Shown here: positions 10,945-24,716 of the stretch, piece by piece
How positions within the stretch are numbered: position 1 is the first letter of the stretch
How the letters are laid out: each line of letters starts with the position of its first letter
Assembly (NCBI GenBank): GCA_003427395.1
Contig: BFEA01000023.1
Coordinates: forward strand, 4,240,961-4,304,960
DNA: 64,000 bases
Reading direction: 5' to 3'
Origin: Chara braunii
Taxonomy: Eukaryota; Plantae; Charophyceae
Program-made: the position numbers and the translations under genes
Notes under the pieces: model-generated
What the model was told of the DNA's origin: nothing
What the model saw: the letters and a program-made list of their open reading frames with translations, nothing else
Databases searched by the model: none

Positions 10945-13717
10945 AAAAAGAAGAAAAAGAAACACGCTTTTGCAGTTTATGCCTGGTGGAGTTTTAAATG
11001 GAGTTTGGTGGCGGCAGAGTTGTGTCAGTGGCCATGTCATTCAGGATCTGGTAGGCCCTCGCTCTTCACTTGCTGCGAGAAAAATTCCTGCCGTTCGATC
11101 TCTGAAACGTTTTTGCCCAGCAAGTGAAGAGGGCCAGGGCCTTGCAGGGCCTCTTCGCTTGTGGAGCGAAAAATTCCATCCTTGAGCTTGCTGAAAGTTT
11201 TCCTGATTCTGACCGCATTCAGGCCTGCTCTGGCGCCTTGTGCCTCGGCCGTGGTTGAGATGTCTTGGCCATGCACAGTGTGGGATCTTTCTGAAGCCTA
11301 CGTGAATAGACTGCATTTTAAACTCAGTGTGTGACTGTACTGCAATAACCTGTTTCTATTGAAAACCGGAACTGGTTTTTTGACACCAGCCATAGTTACC
11401 TCTCTTTTTGTCCTGCAGCAGTCTCATTTTTCTCTCTCTCTTTCTTTCTCTCTTTTTTTCCCTCTCTTTTCCTGACCTTCGTGGGTTTTTAGGAGACCTC
11501 CAGCTGTGCTTGCATTTTGAGGTGCCCGCCGCTGTCCAGGCTGGTGGACCAGGCTGGCGGATTTTGAGCACAGGGGAGGTTGAGGGTGTCGTTGTGTAAT
11601 CGGACTGGATGACCTTCCAGATGTGATTTGAGGAGTCTGGGCGAGTGGTTTGCGTATCCATGGGGGAGTACTGTGAGCCTGTTTTAGGAATGCTGTGAGC
11701 CTGAAAAGAGCAAGCAAAATAAATCACTGAGCCCATTGTCGGCCTTACACTACCACGTCCGTGCTTACCCAACTGTACATAGGGCCTCGCTGTACCACTC
11801 CACTATGTTTTCTCTTTTTTGAAGATTTTTCCCCACGCATAAACCACCCACTACCTCTCTCAGGCAAGCTTCTGCAACAAATTGGTTTAGTTCTGTGTTC
11901 TTGCTCTCGAAAACGAAAGATTACAGCGCCTGTTCGTATTGGACTTGTGCGCATAGCAGAAATCTGTCATGGGAAGAGAAGGACAGGAGGTAATCATGGT
12001 GGTTGTATAAACCCTCGCTGCACGTCTATGCTAAGCTGAACTCACAATGACACTTTTTGGTGAGTTCCTCACACCCGCACACACTCCCTTTCCATGAAGG
12101 TAGGCGAAATTACCATAAGGGCCTCGTTCCACTGCACAACGTGAGCATTGGTAATTGTATCTGGAGCTGGTAGGTAATTGTCTGGATATTTGGGATCAGC
12201 CCGAATGTACGGGTCCTGAGATAGGGTACAGAACAGATAAATGTCGAGTAGGGTACTTATGAATGTTGATTGTTGTGTAGTGGAGTGAGGCCCATACTCT
12301 CTGTTGTGGTGAGCATTTACCAGCCTCGGTGAGTTCCCACTGATTGTTTTTTCACCTTGATTGGTGAGATTGGGCCTCGCTGCACCACTCACAAATGTGA
12401 TGAAGCCAAAAACATGGCGCTTGGTTTTCCCAGTTGAAGCTGGAAATACATTCTGATTTTCACATTTGGTGAGTGTTGAGGCAAAGCCGGCAAGGCTGAT
12501 TATCTTTTATTTTGCGGAAACAAGTGCAGCCACGTCAGTTTTTGAGTTGCAGAAGGCAAAAAAAATACTCATGTTGGCAGGTCTGTTGCAGTGCCGCCAG
12601 TGCGAATTTCGAATGGGCAAAAAAAAGCGTAGAACGGCGGCCTGCACATCACGATCCCCCACCTGCAAAGAGCCTGACCTGCCTGTTTAGAAAGTTGTGT
12701 TTTTTATCGCCTTTTCAAACTCTGCACATAACTGACCTGCAGGTATGTGTTTGTTTTGCTCATTCAGAACTCGATCCTTAATGAAATGTACTTGCCCCTT
12801 TCCAAACTTGGCGCGTGACTGACCTGCAGGATTGTGTTGTTTTTGCCCATAATTCAGGGCTCGATCCTTGACGAAACATACTTGACCCCTTGTCTTAATC
12901 GATGAGATTATTGTAATCTCAGTTAGGGTGAGAGGTCTGTAGCCATGTGTCTCTAGGAGTTCCCAACATTTTGCCAGTGTACGCGCTCACCACACCGGGC
13001 GATAACTCTTTTTTCCCCGGGCGAGGAAATATACGTAGTCCAGCTTGGTTGCACCTTTCTACGCCTTTATGACCTTGTTCCCGTATTAAGAACGAGGGAA
13101 ACTATATGTGGTGCTCTCTATGTGGCAGTCATGGACACATCTGCGGTTACCTATGGCCAAATCTCGGTGGCTCCCCACCTGCAAAGTGCAGGATGGCTAA
13201 AAAGGACCATGGGGTGATTTCTGTAGCCATGTGTCTTGAGGAATTCCCAACATTTCTGCGTATCCACTTACCGCACCCTGAGATACCTACTTTTTCCCCA
13301 GACTGGGAGATATACATTGTCCAGCAGGGATGCACCTTAATACACCTTTATTTATAACCTTATCCTGAGACTGGGAGATATACTTAGTACAGCTGGGATG
13401 CACCTTTATATGCCTTTATAGCCTTTTCCCATTGTAAAGAGGGAAACCATATGCAGTCATGGACACATCTGGGGTTACCTATGGCCACATCTGGGATTAA
13501 CTATGGCCAGAAAAGACAGTGGTCACAGATGACATGCTGTCATGCTGACTGCAGGCAAGGACTAGACGGAAAAAATGAGTAGAGTCTGGAAGGAGTCACA
13601 TAGAGTCTGAGGACAGGACAAACCTTCAGTACTGCATTTGTGCCTTCGCAGGATGCGACACTGAAGGAGGACAGGACAGGACAGGACAAACCAGTACTTG
13701 TGACCCTGCCGAGCTAA

Positions 13718-14138
13718 GGGCTTCGTTCGACACCACTTGAACTCAAGGGTTGAAGGAACATTCTTCGTTCGACCCCACCCTAACCTGGCTGCGGAGTTGT
13801 TTCTACTTTCCGGCTCTCTAGTGCTAGCCCTCGAAACTCAAGTGCCGCCGGGGAAAATTTGCACTTGAGCTCAAGGTACCTATCCCGGGAGCACTTGAGT
13901 TCGAGTGCCAGCGGATACAGCCAGCACTCAAGTGGGGCTTTTTTTCTGTTTTTCTTTTTTTCCAAAAGTCGATCCTGGTCCAGGATTGGTCAAGCAGTGG
14001 AGTTTTCAAGTGCGACCGTTTCAAGTATTTTGCGAAGTGCACATGGAACGAAGATTGCAGTAAGTATTTTTTAATCATGATTTCGGGTTAGGGCACACTT
14101 GAGACTCTAGGGTTCTCTAGTGGTGTCGAACGGGCCCC
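13718..14138. mobile_element. Tourist/PIF-Harbinger-like MITE nested in a TTAA-MITE
   Basis: TIR GGGCTTCGTTCGACACCAC / GTGGTGTCGAACGGGCCCC flanked by TAA and TTA. Host MITE ends at ~13688 (aaccagtactt) and ~14292 (tactggtggttaa). Confidence 0.65.
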
Positions 14139-14645
14139 TTAGAAATGCCCTGCACACCAAATACATTGAACTGGGCATTTTCTTTCTTTGCTGGTGCCGG
14201 CAGCCATTTAGCTCCAGTATGCCGCGCCCCGAAGGTCCTGGCACGTACACAGCTGGGTTTGAGAAAAATGGCTGGGAAGCCTACTGGTGGTTAAAGCAAA
14301 CAGCATGTGGGGGCACCCAACTTGTGAGGGTGACAACGGCAACCATTGTATGTGAGGACCACCCTGCTTTTATGATGCTCCATGTCTGACTATATCGGTG
14401 GGTAGCTGCACCTGCTGGAAAACGGGTGTCCAGCTTCCCACTATGGGCAATACATCACAACATCCTATTCACGTGTCTGATCCATCCTGCTACATCTGTT
14501 ATGTCAGTTTTTCTGTGACTGGACAGACTACTAAGTTATAGCTCGTTTGCCTCTTGCAGGGAGTTCTCGTTTGTGCTCTCTAGTGGTTACCAACTGCTAC
14601 GCACTACTGTCTTCCCACAAATGGAATCTGCAGTCATTGTTGCTG

Positions 14646-15098
14646 TATCTAGGCTGAAAGTTGCCTCAAGTACAGCTATAATGACTGGTCGGGAGTCAGG
14701 AATCTGTGCTTGCCGCAATGGCAACTGCCTCATTGAAAAACAAAGAAATAACTGCGCGGGTGGCTGCTGCACAGTTCCAAATTTGCAGGAATAACAGGGC
14801 ACTGCGGTTCTGGGCCGAGGGAGGGCAGTTAGAAACTGCAAGAACAGAAAGAACAGCTTTGTGCACTTCTATATCTAGGCTGAAAGTTGCCTCAAGTACA
14901 GCTATAATGAATGGACGGGAGTCAGGAATCTGTGCTTGCCGCAATGGCAACTGCCTCATTGAAAAAAAAAGAAATAACTGCGCGGGTGGCTGCTGCACAG
15001 TTCCAAATTTGCAGGAATAACAGGGCACTGCGGTTCTGGGCCGAGGGAGGGCAGTTAGAAACTGCAAGAACAGAAAGAACAGCTTTGTGCACTTCTAG
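14646..15098. repeat. Tandem duplication of ~227 bp
   Basis: 14646-14871 is nearly identical to 14872-15098. It starts inside a hairpin-MITE copy. Confidence 0.92.
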
Positions 15099-15545
15099 CC
15101 GTTGGAAGTTCGAAAGTGGCAAAATCAGGTGGCCACTCGTGTGTTTTTTTTTCGTTTTTTTTTTCGCGCCTGCTTACGGCCGAGCTCTCCTCAATTCGCG
15201 GCTCGAAAGACCCCTGATGAGTGCCGGTTGGCTACCGGCCGAAACGCGGCGTCGGGTCACGCCACTCCAGTCAGCTAGTCTTCAAGTGCGTTCAGGGTGT
15301 TGACGACTATGTTGTCGATATTGACGAATGCTGTTTACGGGAAGCTGGCTATGAGAGGTCGGGTTTATTACTTATCAATATTTTGACCTCTCAAGGTCGC
15401 GTTCGGGAGAAGACCATGGTGTTTATTGTCCTTTCTTCCTTCATCTCCTTTGTCTAATCACTCATTCCGCCTTCATCTCTTTTCTTCTGCTGTGGTGCTC
15501 TGGCTGCTGAATCGTTGTCATTGATTGATGTTGTAAACAACTCCA

Positions 15546-15697
15546 CACCCGTGGCTGGGCCATGGCCGAGATGTCTTGGCCACGCCCATGGCTGGGCAGC
15601 GGCCGAGATGTCTAGGCCACGCCTGTGGCTGGACCACGACCAATATGTCTAGGCCATGCCCGTGGCTGGGCCACGACCGAGATGCCTAGGCCACACC
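15546..15697. repeat. Degenerate ~36-bp GC-rich tandem repeat
   Basis: gtggctgggccacg(g/a)ccgagatgtctaggccacgccc repeated ~4 times. Confidence 0.8.
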
Positions 15698-16774
15698 CCC
15701 GGGGAAACGAACCAAAAATGCGAGGGCCTGCTACCGGTAACTGCTCCCAGGCCAGGCTAGGGAACAGGCTAGGGAAAAAGAGCAGTACCACTACCGCCAC
15801 TGCCCGTTTTTGCCAATTATTGAGCCGGTAGGCCGTCGAATGCGTGATTTTGTCAGATTTACTATTTTTCGTGCAGTTTTTAACTGTACTTTGCCCAAGC
15901 TTGCAGTGGACTTGAGCTACACGTGCGTTGCGATAGGATTATTTTTTTGCGACGGAAAATTGTGAGGCTGCATGGCATTGACGAAATGAACGTACCTGGC
16001 AGTTTCATTCATCCAGTTTTGTGTACCACGTGGCAAGTCCCTAATCTGGGCGTAACTACAGTCAAATGCATACTAGAAAGTTTGTGTGTACTTCGCCGTT
16101 CTAGCATGTGTGCCCTTCGCCATTCTAGTATGCATGCCCTTCGCCTCTGTAATCTGTTCGCTGCAAATAAAGGCCTTCAAAGCGGGCCATGCACCACAGC
16201 GCATGTTTCTGAAATTGCAGTCCAGCTTGATGTCAATCCAGCCAAAAAGGTTATCGCTAGCCTACGGGTGAAGGCTTCACTGGTGGCAGGAGGTACACCC
16301 CCTCGAGAGGCAACGTTACCTGCCCGCCAAGCACTCCAAATGTCTCTTGCTCCTATGCTTAGGGGATACCCAGCTTAGGCTAGTGCTGGAAACCGGGTCC
16401 AGCGTCCCTGAGTTGCAAACTCTCAAAGAAAGAAAGAAACTGGACTAATAAAGATGATACACACTATTGCATAGTAATAAAGGAATGAATTCGAAACTTT
16501 TCTGCGTCTGGAAAGTTATCTGTAGACAGTGTAGAGCTAAATCCTGACACTGGAACTGGGTTTGACTGTGGGTTGCTATGGATGGGGTGAGTGCACTCTC
16601 CGGGGTATACCCTCAAACCACTAGCACTTTTCTTGTTCTACTTCGCCATTTTGATGTTGAAAATCTACGGAAAGAGTCCTTGTCTGAATATGTCCCCAAT
16701 CTAGCTACTCGTGGGGACTATCAGGGAATTGACCCATTTGTGAGACTGGACTGAAAAGCTGTAGGAAAGGTTAA

Positions 16775-16969
16775 ACCACCAGTACATTTCCACGCGGTGA
16801 AAACAAATCTGCGGCTTGCATACAGGCGCAGCTTTGAGGGCTCAACCTCCGGAGTAAAATGGCTGGCGGCCCCAGCCAAAAGGAAAGCCGCGCCGGTTTC
16901 ACTTTTTTATTGGCACGCAGTGCGTTTCCAGTTGGTCCTGGAAAAAAGTGTTTTGGAAGAACTGGTGGT
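16775..16969. mobile_element. TTAA-flanked MITE
   Basis: TTAA|ACCACCAGTAC ... GAACTGGTGGT with internal palindrome GGCTGGCGGCCCCAGCC. Its reverse complement aligns with 7025-7150. Confidence 0.8.
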
Positions 16970-18276
16970 TAGTGCAGCTGGACAGAATCGCTAGTCAGAC
17001 AACTGTCCCGCTGCCTGCCAGTTTTGTATCAGCCCGTGGCCTTTCCAGGTCACCCTCAGGGAGATGCGATGGCAGATATGCCACGGCTTTAGTTTGCTTT
17101 GCTTGCAGGTGCGTTTTGACCCCTGAGTGTGCTTTAACTCCTGAGAGGTGAGGATATACTAGGATGCCACTCCCCTACTCTAGACTATCAAAATTCTAGA
17201 GTCCAGCGTAGCGCCACATACTCTTGAATTGGGGCGTGGAGGACCCCTTCGAGAGCTATCAGAAAGGACTTGGGAAACTTCAAGAGTCTGACAGCTCTTC
17301 AACTGGGGCCTGGAGGACCCCTTTGAGAGCTATCAGAAAGGGCCCCTTCACTCATTTCTTGAGTCTGACAGCTCTAGAAGAACCTTCGAATGTTTTTTGA
17401 GCATTTAGCATAGCGCAGGGATACCTATAACCTTGACCTTTGCTGAGGCAGGCACGGAGGTGTGAATGGAAGAAAGAGTGTATAAACCAGTTTGTATTAG
17501 ACCTTACTGGTGATTTTCCAAAGTTGCCATGAACGTGGACAACTTTTATGCCCAAGGTTCAGGCTAAACTAACACGGCAAGGCCTTACCAGTAGTGGAGT
17601 CACCCTATGGACAATGCCCAGGTCTTTGTAGGGAAATGTCATGAGAGGGATGAGGTCATGAAAATCAACACGAGAGAACGTAACATATTGTATCATCGGT
17701 TACGGGACTCTGCAGGCTGTAGAGGATTCAGCCTCCTGATGATTCAGTGAAACTCGGTCTATCACTGCTCCTCGTTTGTTGTCCGCTGCTCCCTCTCTGC
17801 CTACAGTTCACCAAGCAGTTCTCTATGGTGATATATACGAACAGACGAACGTACAAAGATCACTGGGTCTGGACAGATGGAACTACTGTACTATGCATGG
17901 GCAACATAGGCGGATTAATTATTAAACCACAAATACCTTTGCCGAACATTTTTCACACCTTGGAAACACCCTGCGCGCCGAGAAAAAACGAAGCGGCGTG
18001 GGCCTTCTTTTGGGTGGCTCAACGATCTTGCTCTGGTGGTCCAACCCCCGGTGTGTTAATGGCTGCGTCGCAGAAGAAGTTTGGTGACATGCTGGCGGCT
18101 TAAACCAGCATGACCTCCAAGGCTTTTTTCCCAATGTGTAATTTAGCCTGAAACTGGCATGGGCAAAGGCGTACTGGGCTCCAGCAGCCAAACAGGTCGA
18201 CTAGGCCAGGCTTTCTGGGGTCCTGAAGGTGGGGAGGCACAGGCTAGCTGGGTGGGGTAGTGGTGATTTGATTTAA

Positions 18277-18592
18277 ACCACCAATATTTGGCCCAGCTAT
18301 CAGCCGTGGAAAAAAATAGAGTAGAAACGTTTCTAGTCCGATGAATTTGGGCGCTCCTGTAGTGGTGCATACATTTCCCAAAATCGCGGCTTGGTAACTG
18401 GCACAACTTTAGGAAGTACTGGTGGTTTAAACCACCAGTTTCTGAGGCACTTTTCTCAGCCCCCTGGAAAAAGTCCTGCATGCCAAAAAAACACGAATCG
18501 GCGTGGCCTCTGTTTGGCTGGCTGCTAGCCTATTTTGGAAGCTGAGCCTCGACATGGGCTCACGGCTGATGTATGGGCCAAGTACTGGTGGG
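18277..18592. mobile_element. Two abutting TTAA-MITEs sharing one TTAA
   Basis: Copy 18277-18426 (150 bp, homologous to 24567-24716) and copy 18431-~18592 meet at GGTGGT-TTAA-ACCACC. Confidence 0.85.
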
Positions 18593-20884
18593 TTAATGTG
18601 GTAAGAGCGAATACCAGTCAGAAACGTGTTTTTGAAAACGAGGCCGCTAGAGTCTTTATCCCAAAAAACATTTGCTTGTGCTACAATTCTTGGTTGGCTG
18701 CCGCTTCCACGTGGAAACCAGACCCATTGGTTGGGGCCCACAGCAGCACACGGGAACTAACCAGGAAAAAAAGAAAAGAACAAGTAGACTGTTTGCCATT
18801 CGTGCTGACATGGATGGCTGAGGATCCTGTAGTGTAGTAGCGAAAGTGAGGAGTGACGGAAAGGGGAAGTAGGGTAACCGGTCTGAGGGCACACTCACAC
18901 TACCAGTTCTCAAAATGCAGGCGACCCCAGTTACGGCCAGACCTGGACGAGTCTGACCGTAATTATGTCCAGAGCTTCATGGAAAATGTCCTAGTGTGAG
19001 TATATGTGTGCTGTTCACGCATGGATCTTCTGACAAACAGATCAAGAGTTGCGATCTTGTTGAATAATATTGCTTCTATTGGATAAAATCACACTAAGCG
19101 CTGACCCCTTTTCCAAAAGCTTTTTATGGAAATATTGTACTTGTAACTTTTGGAAACGGATCAGGAGTTCAGATCCCCCCCCCCTCCTTTTTTTTTTTTT
19201 TTGGCAATTCAACACACTCGAAAGGAGCAGGCTCTTTGAGTGTACGGTCGACGTTGTTAGAATGAGGATGTCCCATCATGTTTTTAGTGCACGGTCGATA
19301 TTGTTAGGACGAGGATGTCCAATCATGTTTTTTTCTTTTTTCTTTTCTCTTCAGACTACCTATCCTGTTGTTTAAGTCCAGTTTCAATCCTGAATTGTTG
19401 CAGTTATGGGTTGATGAATCCCAGCCTTCCTGCTGAACTCTGCTCTATACAGGGAGCAGTACCCGGGCTCTTAACACCTGGCACGAGCTGGAAAGCAGCC
19501 AAATACTTCCACAACCAGCCAGGAGGCCCAAGCCAACAATCTCCGCTGGTGAACCCGAAGCATACCCCCAGGAGGCCGCGAGGATGGAAAGGACGATGTG
19601 GGGTATCGAACCCACAACCTCCTTGTTTCTTTCGCCTCCGGAAAGCATTCTTGCTTGTGCCTCCAATCGCGGAGATTTCCATGTGGACTCTCTGCAACTG
19701 CATGCATCGCTCGTATACCAACTCCGGTCTATTTGTGGGAGACACACATGTTGGACTTCTTTTTTCCACCACCGGAACATGTTGGAGATTGGGACCGATC
19801 TCTGATAGATATAATATTTGACAGAGCCAAAAGGATGCTGCCAACTAGGGACAGCATCCATACGTGGCAAGGACCTGTGCGCCCTATGATGCCAACGCAC
19901 CCTCTCTCTGATGCACGACCATTCCTGGAGCTCTCAATAGATCTGATCTCATTATCCTGCCAATTGGCCTCACTCCACTACTCTCCAAATGTGCAAAATG
20001 ATACTGAATCCTCCGCTAGAACATGGAAAGATACACACGACATATTTTGTCTTTTATGCATGCCGAGAGTTGAGTAAAGCCCAATACTGTTGGAAGGAGT
20101 TATGGGCATCATGAAGGTGTACGAACACTAAGGGCATACTCACACTAGCGGGTTCTTTTGCTAAATGGCAAAATCTGCTATGCTGTTAGAGCCACACTAG
20201 GGTTTTCCGACCACCAAAATTGCAAATGGGGTAGCATTTGTCAGCGGCCTGGGGAGCCGCGGGGATGAGCATTTTGCTACCACCTCGAGAGGTGGTGGCG
20301 AATTCTCTTTTGGCCGTCACAAATTCTCTTTCACCTTTTGGGAATTGTTAAACCACTAGTACCTTTGCCGCGTGGGAAAATAACGGGCCTCGGGTAGGCG
20401 TCCGACCTTTTCAGATGCCGAAACGAAATGACGGCCGCCGATCAGATTTATCAATGGCAGTCATCGTCGGGCCCGACCCCTGAATATTCAGGAGTTTGGA
20501 AAACTGCCAGTTTTCCCTATTTTCCCACGCGGGAAAGAAAATTTCTGCGCTTTGTGACGATGAGAGGCACCAATTTTGCAATCGCTAGAGAGTCCCGCTC
20601 GTGTCCTTTCTGATTTGCAACTCATGTGTGACCAGGCGGGGTATTATTTCAGCAAACATGGGAAAGAAAATTCAGCAGATTTTACTAGACTGCCACAGCT
20701 GTGTGAGTACACCCTAACTCGTCATCACTGTTGTTTCTCCTGTTTTCTCTTTTTTGAGGAAAATTATCTTTCGGACACTCTTCACGGCAGTGAAGGATCT
20801 GGTGACCAAAGGAACCCATGCTAGAAGATCGGTATGATGCAGATGAGTTCATACAACATCACGAAGCGCATGCTTTGACACAAA

Positions 20885-20920
20885 ATTTGTGTCATCCTTG
20901 CGCGGGGGCATGCCAATCTT
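20885..20920 (-). pseudogene. U6: U6 snRNA internal fragment
   Basis: Minus strand AAGATTGGCATGCCCCCGCGCAAGGATGACAC versus U6 AAGATTAGCATGGCCCCTGCGCAAGGATGACAC. Confidence 0.8.
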
Positions 20921-21544
20921 TGCAAGGACATGCAACCCGAGAATAAATTAAAAAGACGAGGTAACTATGGCTGCGCCAAAAAAATCAAGCTTCAATTTTC
21001 AATCGAGGTAAGTACAGCCGCACCAAAAACTAAGTTTCATGTTTCAATCAAAACAGGTTTTTGCATGTGAGTCGCAGGCCACGTTTCAATTGCAGTCAGT
21101 CACTTAGATTTAAGAAAAATCCAATGTCGGATAGGCCATGGCCCAGACATGAGGGGCCAGTGCAGGCCTGAATCTGGCCCAAATCACGGCCAGATTCCTC
21201 TCCAGGGTCTTGTAGGCACTGACCCTCTTCACTTGCCACAGGAAAAAAATTCAGCCGTGGAAAGACTCAAAATTTTTCATGCGACCTTGTGAAAAATTCG
21301 AGTTTGATCTGATAGATAGATGGCTGAAATGTTTTCCAAGTGCAGGGCCGGGGCCTAGATGGCCCTGGACGACGTGGCCAGTGACACAACTCGGCCAAGT
21401 GGCCACAACTCGCCCAAGGTCTATGTGACGAAACTGAATTTCAAGTTTCACCCCGCGACTAGAAGGCCACGGCCTGTTTCTATTGCACAATGAAAATAAA
21501 ACACCCCCCCTGTGGCCGGAGTTATTATTTCTGAAAGAAAATTT

Positions 21545-21742
21545 AACCACCAGTACTTGGCCAGTACATCGGTCGCGTTGTCGTTAACGCCCCGCAACTT
21601 CCGGAGGCTCGGGGTACCGGCCCTCAAAGGCTGGCGCCGCCAGCCAAAACGATTTTTTCTTGTTGCGCTGGAGGGTAGGTGCAAAACGGTGCGCAGGCCA
21701 TTTTCAGGCTTGGCATCAATAGCTGGTCCAAGTACTGGTGGT
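21545..21742. mobile_element. TTAA-flanked MITE
   Basis: ACCACCAGTACTTGG ... CCAAGTACTGGTGGT|TTAA with internal GGCTGGCGCCGCCAGCC. More copies or ends at ~20350, 22160, 22350, 22395-22525, 30645, 33350-33545, 37575 and 47187. Confidence 0.8.
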
Positions 21743-23349
21743 TTAAAGGAATGATTCCCAGAGGGTACAGTCTAGCAAGGCCAGCTAATTTTTTGACTTT
21801 TGCCATTGATGCTGGCCCAAAGACCATCCATTAGTCCTGATCTCCCAATCCTGTCCCAGTTTTCTGTGGAGTCTGGTCATCGTTAACCTCCCAGCACCCT
21901 GCTCAGGTCTGAAAGCAAGTATGTAGCCGTATTCGGCCGCATTTTTTGGGGGTATGGGTACCGGACCGAAATGGATGGCGGCACCAGCAAAAAGTAGGCT
22001 GGCGTTGGCTCGTTCTTTTTTCGGGCACTCAGGGCGAATTTAGGCTTGGCGTCAAGAGCTGGGTGGGGTACAGGAATTGGCTCCTTTTGGCTGGTGCCGG
22101 ACGAGCTCCAAAATTTGCAGCTGTATGCAAGCTGCACATTTGTTTTCATAGTGGGGAAATGTACTTGTGGTTTACTTGGCCGAGCTATAGATGCCGAGCC
22201 TCTGAGCACCCTTCAAGTTGTTTTGACGAACTGCCAGCACAATGCTTTGTTTTCATTTTGGCTGGCGCCTCCAGCCATTGTGGTCCGGTACGCTGAAGCC
22301 CTAAAGGCGCGGCGCGTTAACGGGGAAGTGCTGTGGCCGATGTATGGGCCAAGTCCTGGTGGTTCAAGGTCTTGAAGATAATACCAAATCTTGAACCGCC
22401 AGTACCTTTCCCATATATGGGTCGCGGGCCCTGCGCGCTGCATCTGGCCAGGCCGCGAGGCCATTTGCGGCCTCCGTGTTAACCGGCGCACTATTTTTTT
22501 AATAGCTGGGAAAGGTACTGGCGGTTTAAGAAATGGCCTTGTGGCATTGGTTGGTCCCCTGTCTGGTATGTGGAACGAGAAATGGGCATATGGCTGCTGC
22601 TGGTGTTAGAGAAGCTGGAGAGTATCACATATATGTGTGGGTTAGCTTCCCCTATCCCCTTTTCTCACTCCATGGCTTCACTTGTCCTCAGGCTTGTGCA
22701 AACCCTTGCATTGCGTCATGACAGGACCCCAAAGAGTGTGATGAGATATTTTTTAAGACCTCGAAGAGTACGATAGCCTGCTGTTGAATCTCAACGAATG
22801 TGATAGGTTGCTTTAGGATGCAACGAATGTGATAGGCTCCCAAAGGATTTGATAGTTGCTTTTAGGATGATGTGGAAGTGACAGTGCCCGCCCTGGGAAG
22901 ATAAGATCTGCAGCTAGGGGTTCTGACCCAGCCAATTCCTGACTTTTAGGTCTTTTAGTTATTCTTAATCACATATTGTCGCTTCGCGTAGGTATGTGGA
23001 CCCGCCTGCTCAACTTTCTCAGGCACTCAGAACTGGGTTGGAGGAGACCCAATGGAGGATATGGAGTCCATCTGGCCCTCGAGCTCATCAAGAGTGCCCG
23101 TCTTGCAAGTCTCTGGGCCTTGCTCCGCTTGACAGCACTATGTGTATCTGCAGCTCCTGATTGTTCCAATACATTGAAAATGTTAGCCTTTTCCGAATGC
23201 ACCTCGTCCAGAAAGGCGTCCAAATGCATGTAGCAAGGCAAGTTGACTAGTGGAATGAGGGCCTATTTTTGGATACGAGCTGGCAGGATGTGGTTATGTC
23301 TGGTCCAGTTGCCACGTGTGTCACCATTTAATAGTGTAGATCCTTTTGC

Positions 23350-23570
23350 ACATAGTCATCATAGCTGTATTTGGGGCAACTTTCAGTCTAGACTCTAGAC
23401 TCTAGACTCTAGATCCTTTTGCTTAGTAGGGATTGCGTTGACTTCTTATGCGTATTTGCCTACCAGCGACTTGTATCTTTTTGGATGTTCATTATCGCAG
23501 TATCTAGACTGAAAGTTGCCTCAAATACAGCTATGATGACTATGTGCTCTATTGGTGGGAAGACGGTAGT
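23350..23570. mobile_element. Two inverted copies of a small hairpin MITE (pogo/Tc2-like ends)
   Basis: gtcatcatagctgtatttggggcaactttcagtctaga and its reverse complement; terminus GAAGACGG|TA. Confidence 0.65.
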
Positions 23571-23879
23571 AGATCTTATACTGTGCTTCTGGGGGTTCAT
23601 GGAAGCATACCTGATTTGGCCAGTGGCTACAGCATTGGTGATTGTGATGTTTTCAAATTTTGAGGGCGAAAGAAATTCAAAGCTGCCAATAAATACCTTT
23701 CTCGCCCTAAAAGTGCAATCTTTCATACGTGTCAGAAGAGAGATTCTCAGGGCGCATGCTCACACTTCTTTATCTTTAATGTATCCGACTGCATTCACAG
23801 CCGGACCTGGATGTATGCGACCGCAGTTACATCTGTAAACAAGCAAAGATGTCCTGGTGTGAGTACGCCCTTAGGAGGA

Positions 23880-24300
23880 CCTTTCTTTTTTCATCTCCTC
23901 TTTTGTTAGGGCCATTCCTCCCCCTTCCATTCTGGGGAGCAGCAATCTGGTTACTTTTCCACTGACAGGAAAGGAGGTGTTATGTATGAGAGCATTCGCA
24001 CGCACTTTCTTTTTCACCTCCTCTTTTGTTAGGGTCATTCCTCCCCCTTCCGATTCCGGGGAGCAGCAATCTGGTTCCTTTTCCACTGACAGGTCAGGAA
24101 GTGTTACGTATGAGAGCGCATTCACACGCGCTTTGTGGCTGGAAGCTCCATGACCGCCAGTTGGCCGTCTCAAGGATGGCAAATCCTAAAGGAGGCCTCC
24201 TCTCAGCTGCCTTCCTTTTCCACTGGCAGGTCAGGGAATGTTACATATGAGAGCATTCACCCGCCACGCGGCACTTTGTGGCCGGCAGCTCCATTACTGC
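23880..24300. repeat. Degenerate ~120-135-bp tandem repeat
   Basis: The block ttttccactg(a/g)cagg...tgtta..tatgagagc recurs three times. Confidence 0.75.
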
Positions 24301-24566
24301 CGAGTTGCGCGTGGCAGTGCCTCTGAAATGCAGAATGATACTGACGACCGCTGCTGCTGTATACTTGTCTGCATCTTGTGAGGAACACCTCTGCCAGGCG
24401 TCCCGTTGCCATGGAATACCTTCTATAGCTGATTGAGATCCCCAGGAGCCCTTCTCATTCCTGCGAGGAGGCTGCTGTCCACCTGGCTTATGGAGGCAGC
24501 CTTGTGGGAGTCTGCATATCTTGTCTCCATAAACCTCTCCTTTGTTTTCGCTTATCTTCCCCTTAA

Positions 24567-24716
24567 ACCACCAGTACTTGGCCCAGCTATCGGCCGTGGA
24601 ATAAATTGGAGTAGAAACGTCTCTAGTCAGATGAATTTGGGCCCTCCTGTAGTGGCTGGTACATTTCCTTAAATCGTGGCTTGTTAACGGGCAAGACTTC
24701 AGGAAGTACTGGTGGT
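24567..24716. mobile_element. TTAA-flanked MITE, cleanest 150-bp copy
   Basis: TTAA(24563-66)|ACCACCAGTACTT ... AAGTACTGGTGGT|TTAA(24717-20); 13-bp perfect TIR. Confidence 0.9.

Noticed and set aside
22964-23070. Possible first exon of the glyoxalase-like gene (LNHILSL…LGWRRPNG)
   Set aside because: Only scattered identity, no GAW ending with a phase-2 donor, and no clear start; probably chance.
23693-23708. Second U2 5' fragment (atacctttctcgccct)
   Set aside because: Only 15 of 16 nt match, with no continuation; not distinguishable from chance.
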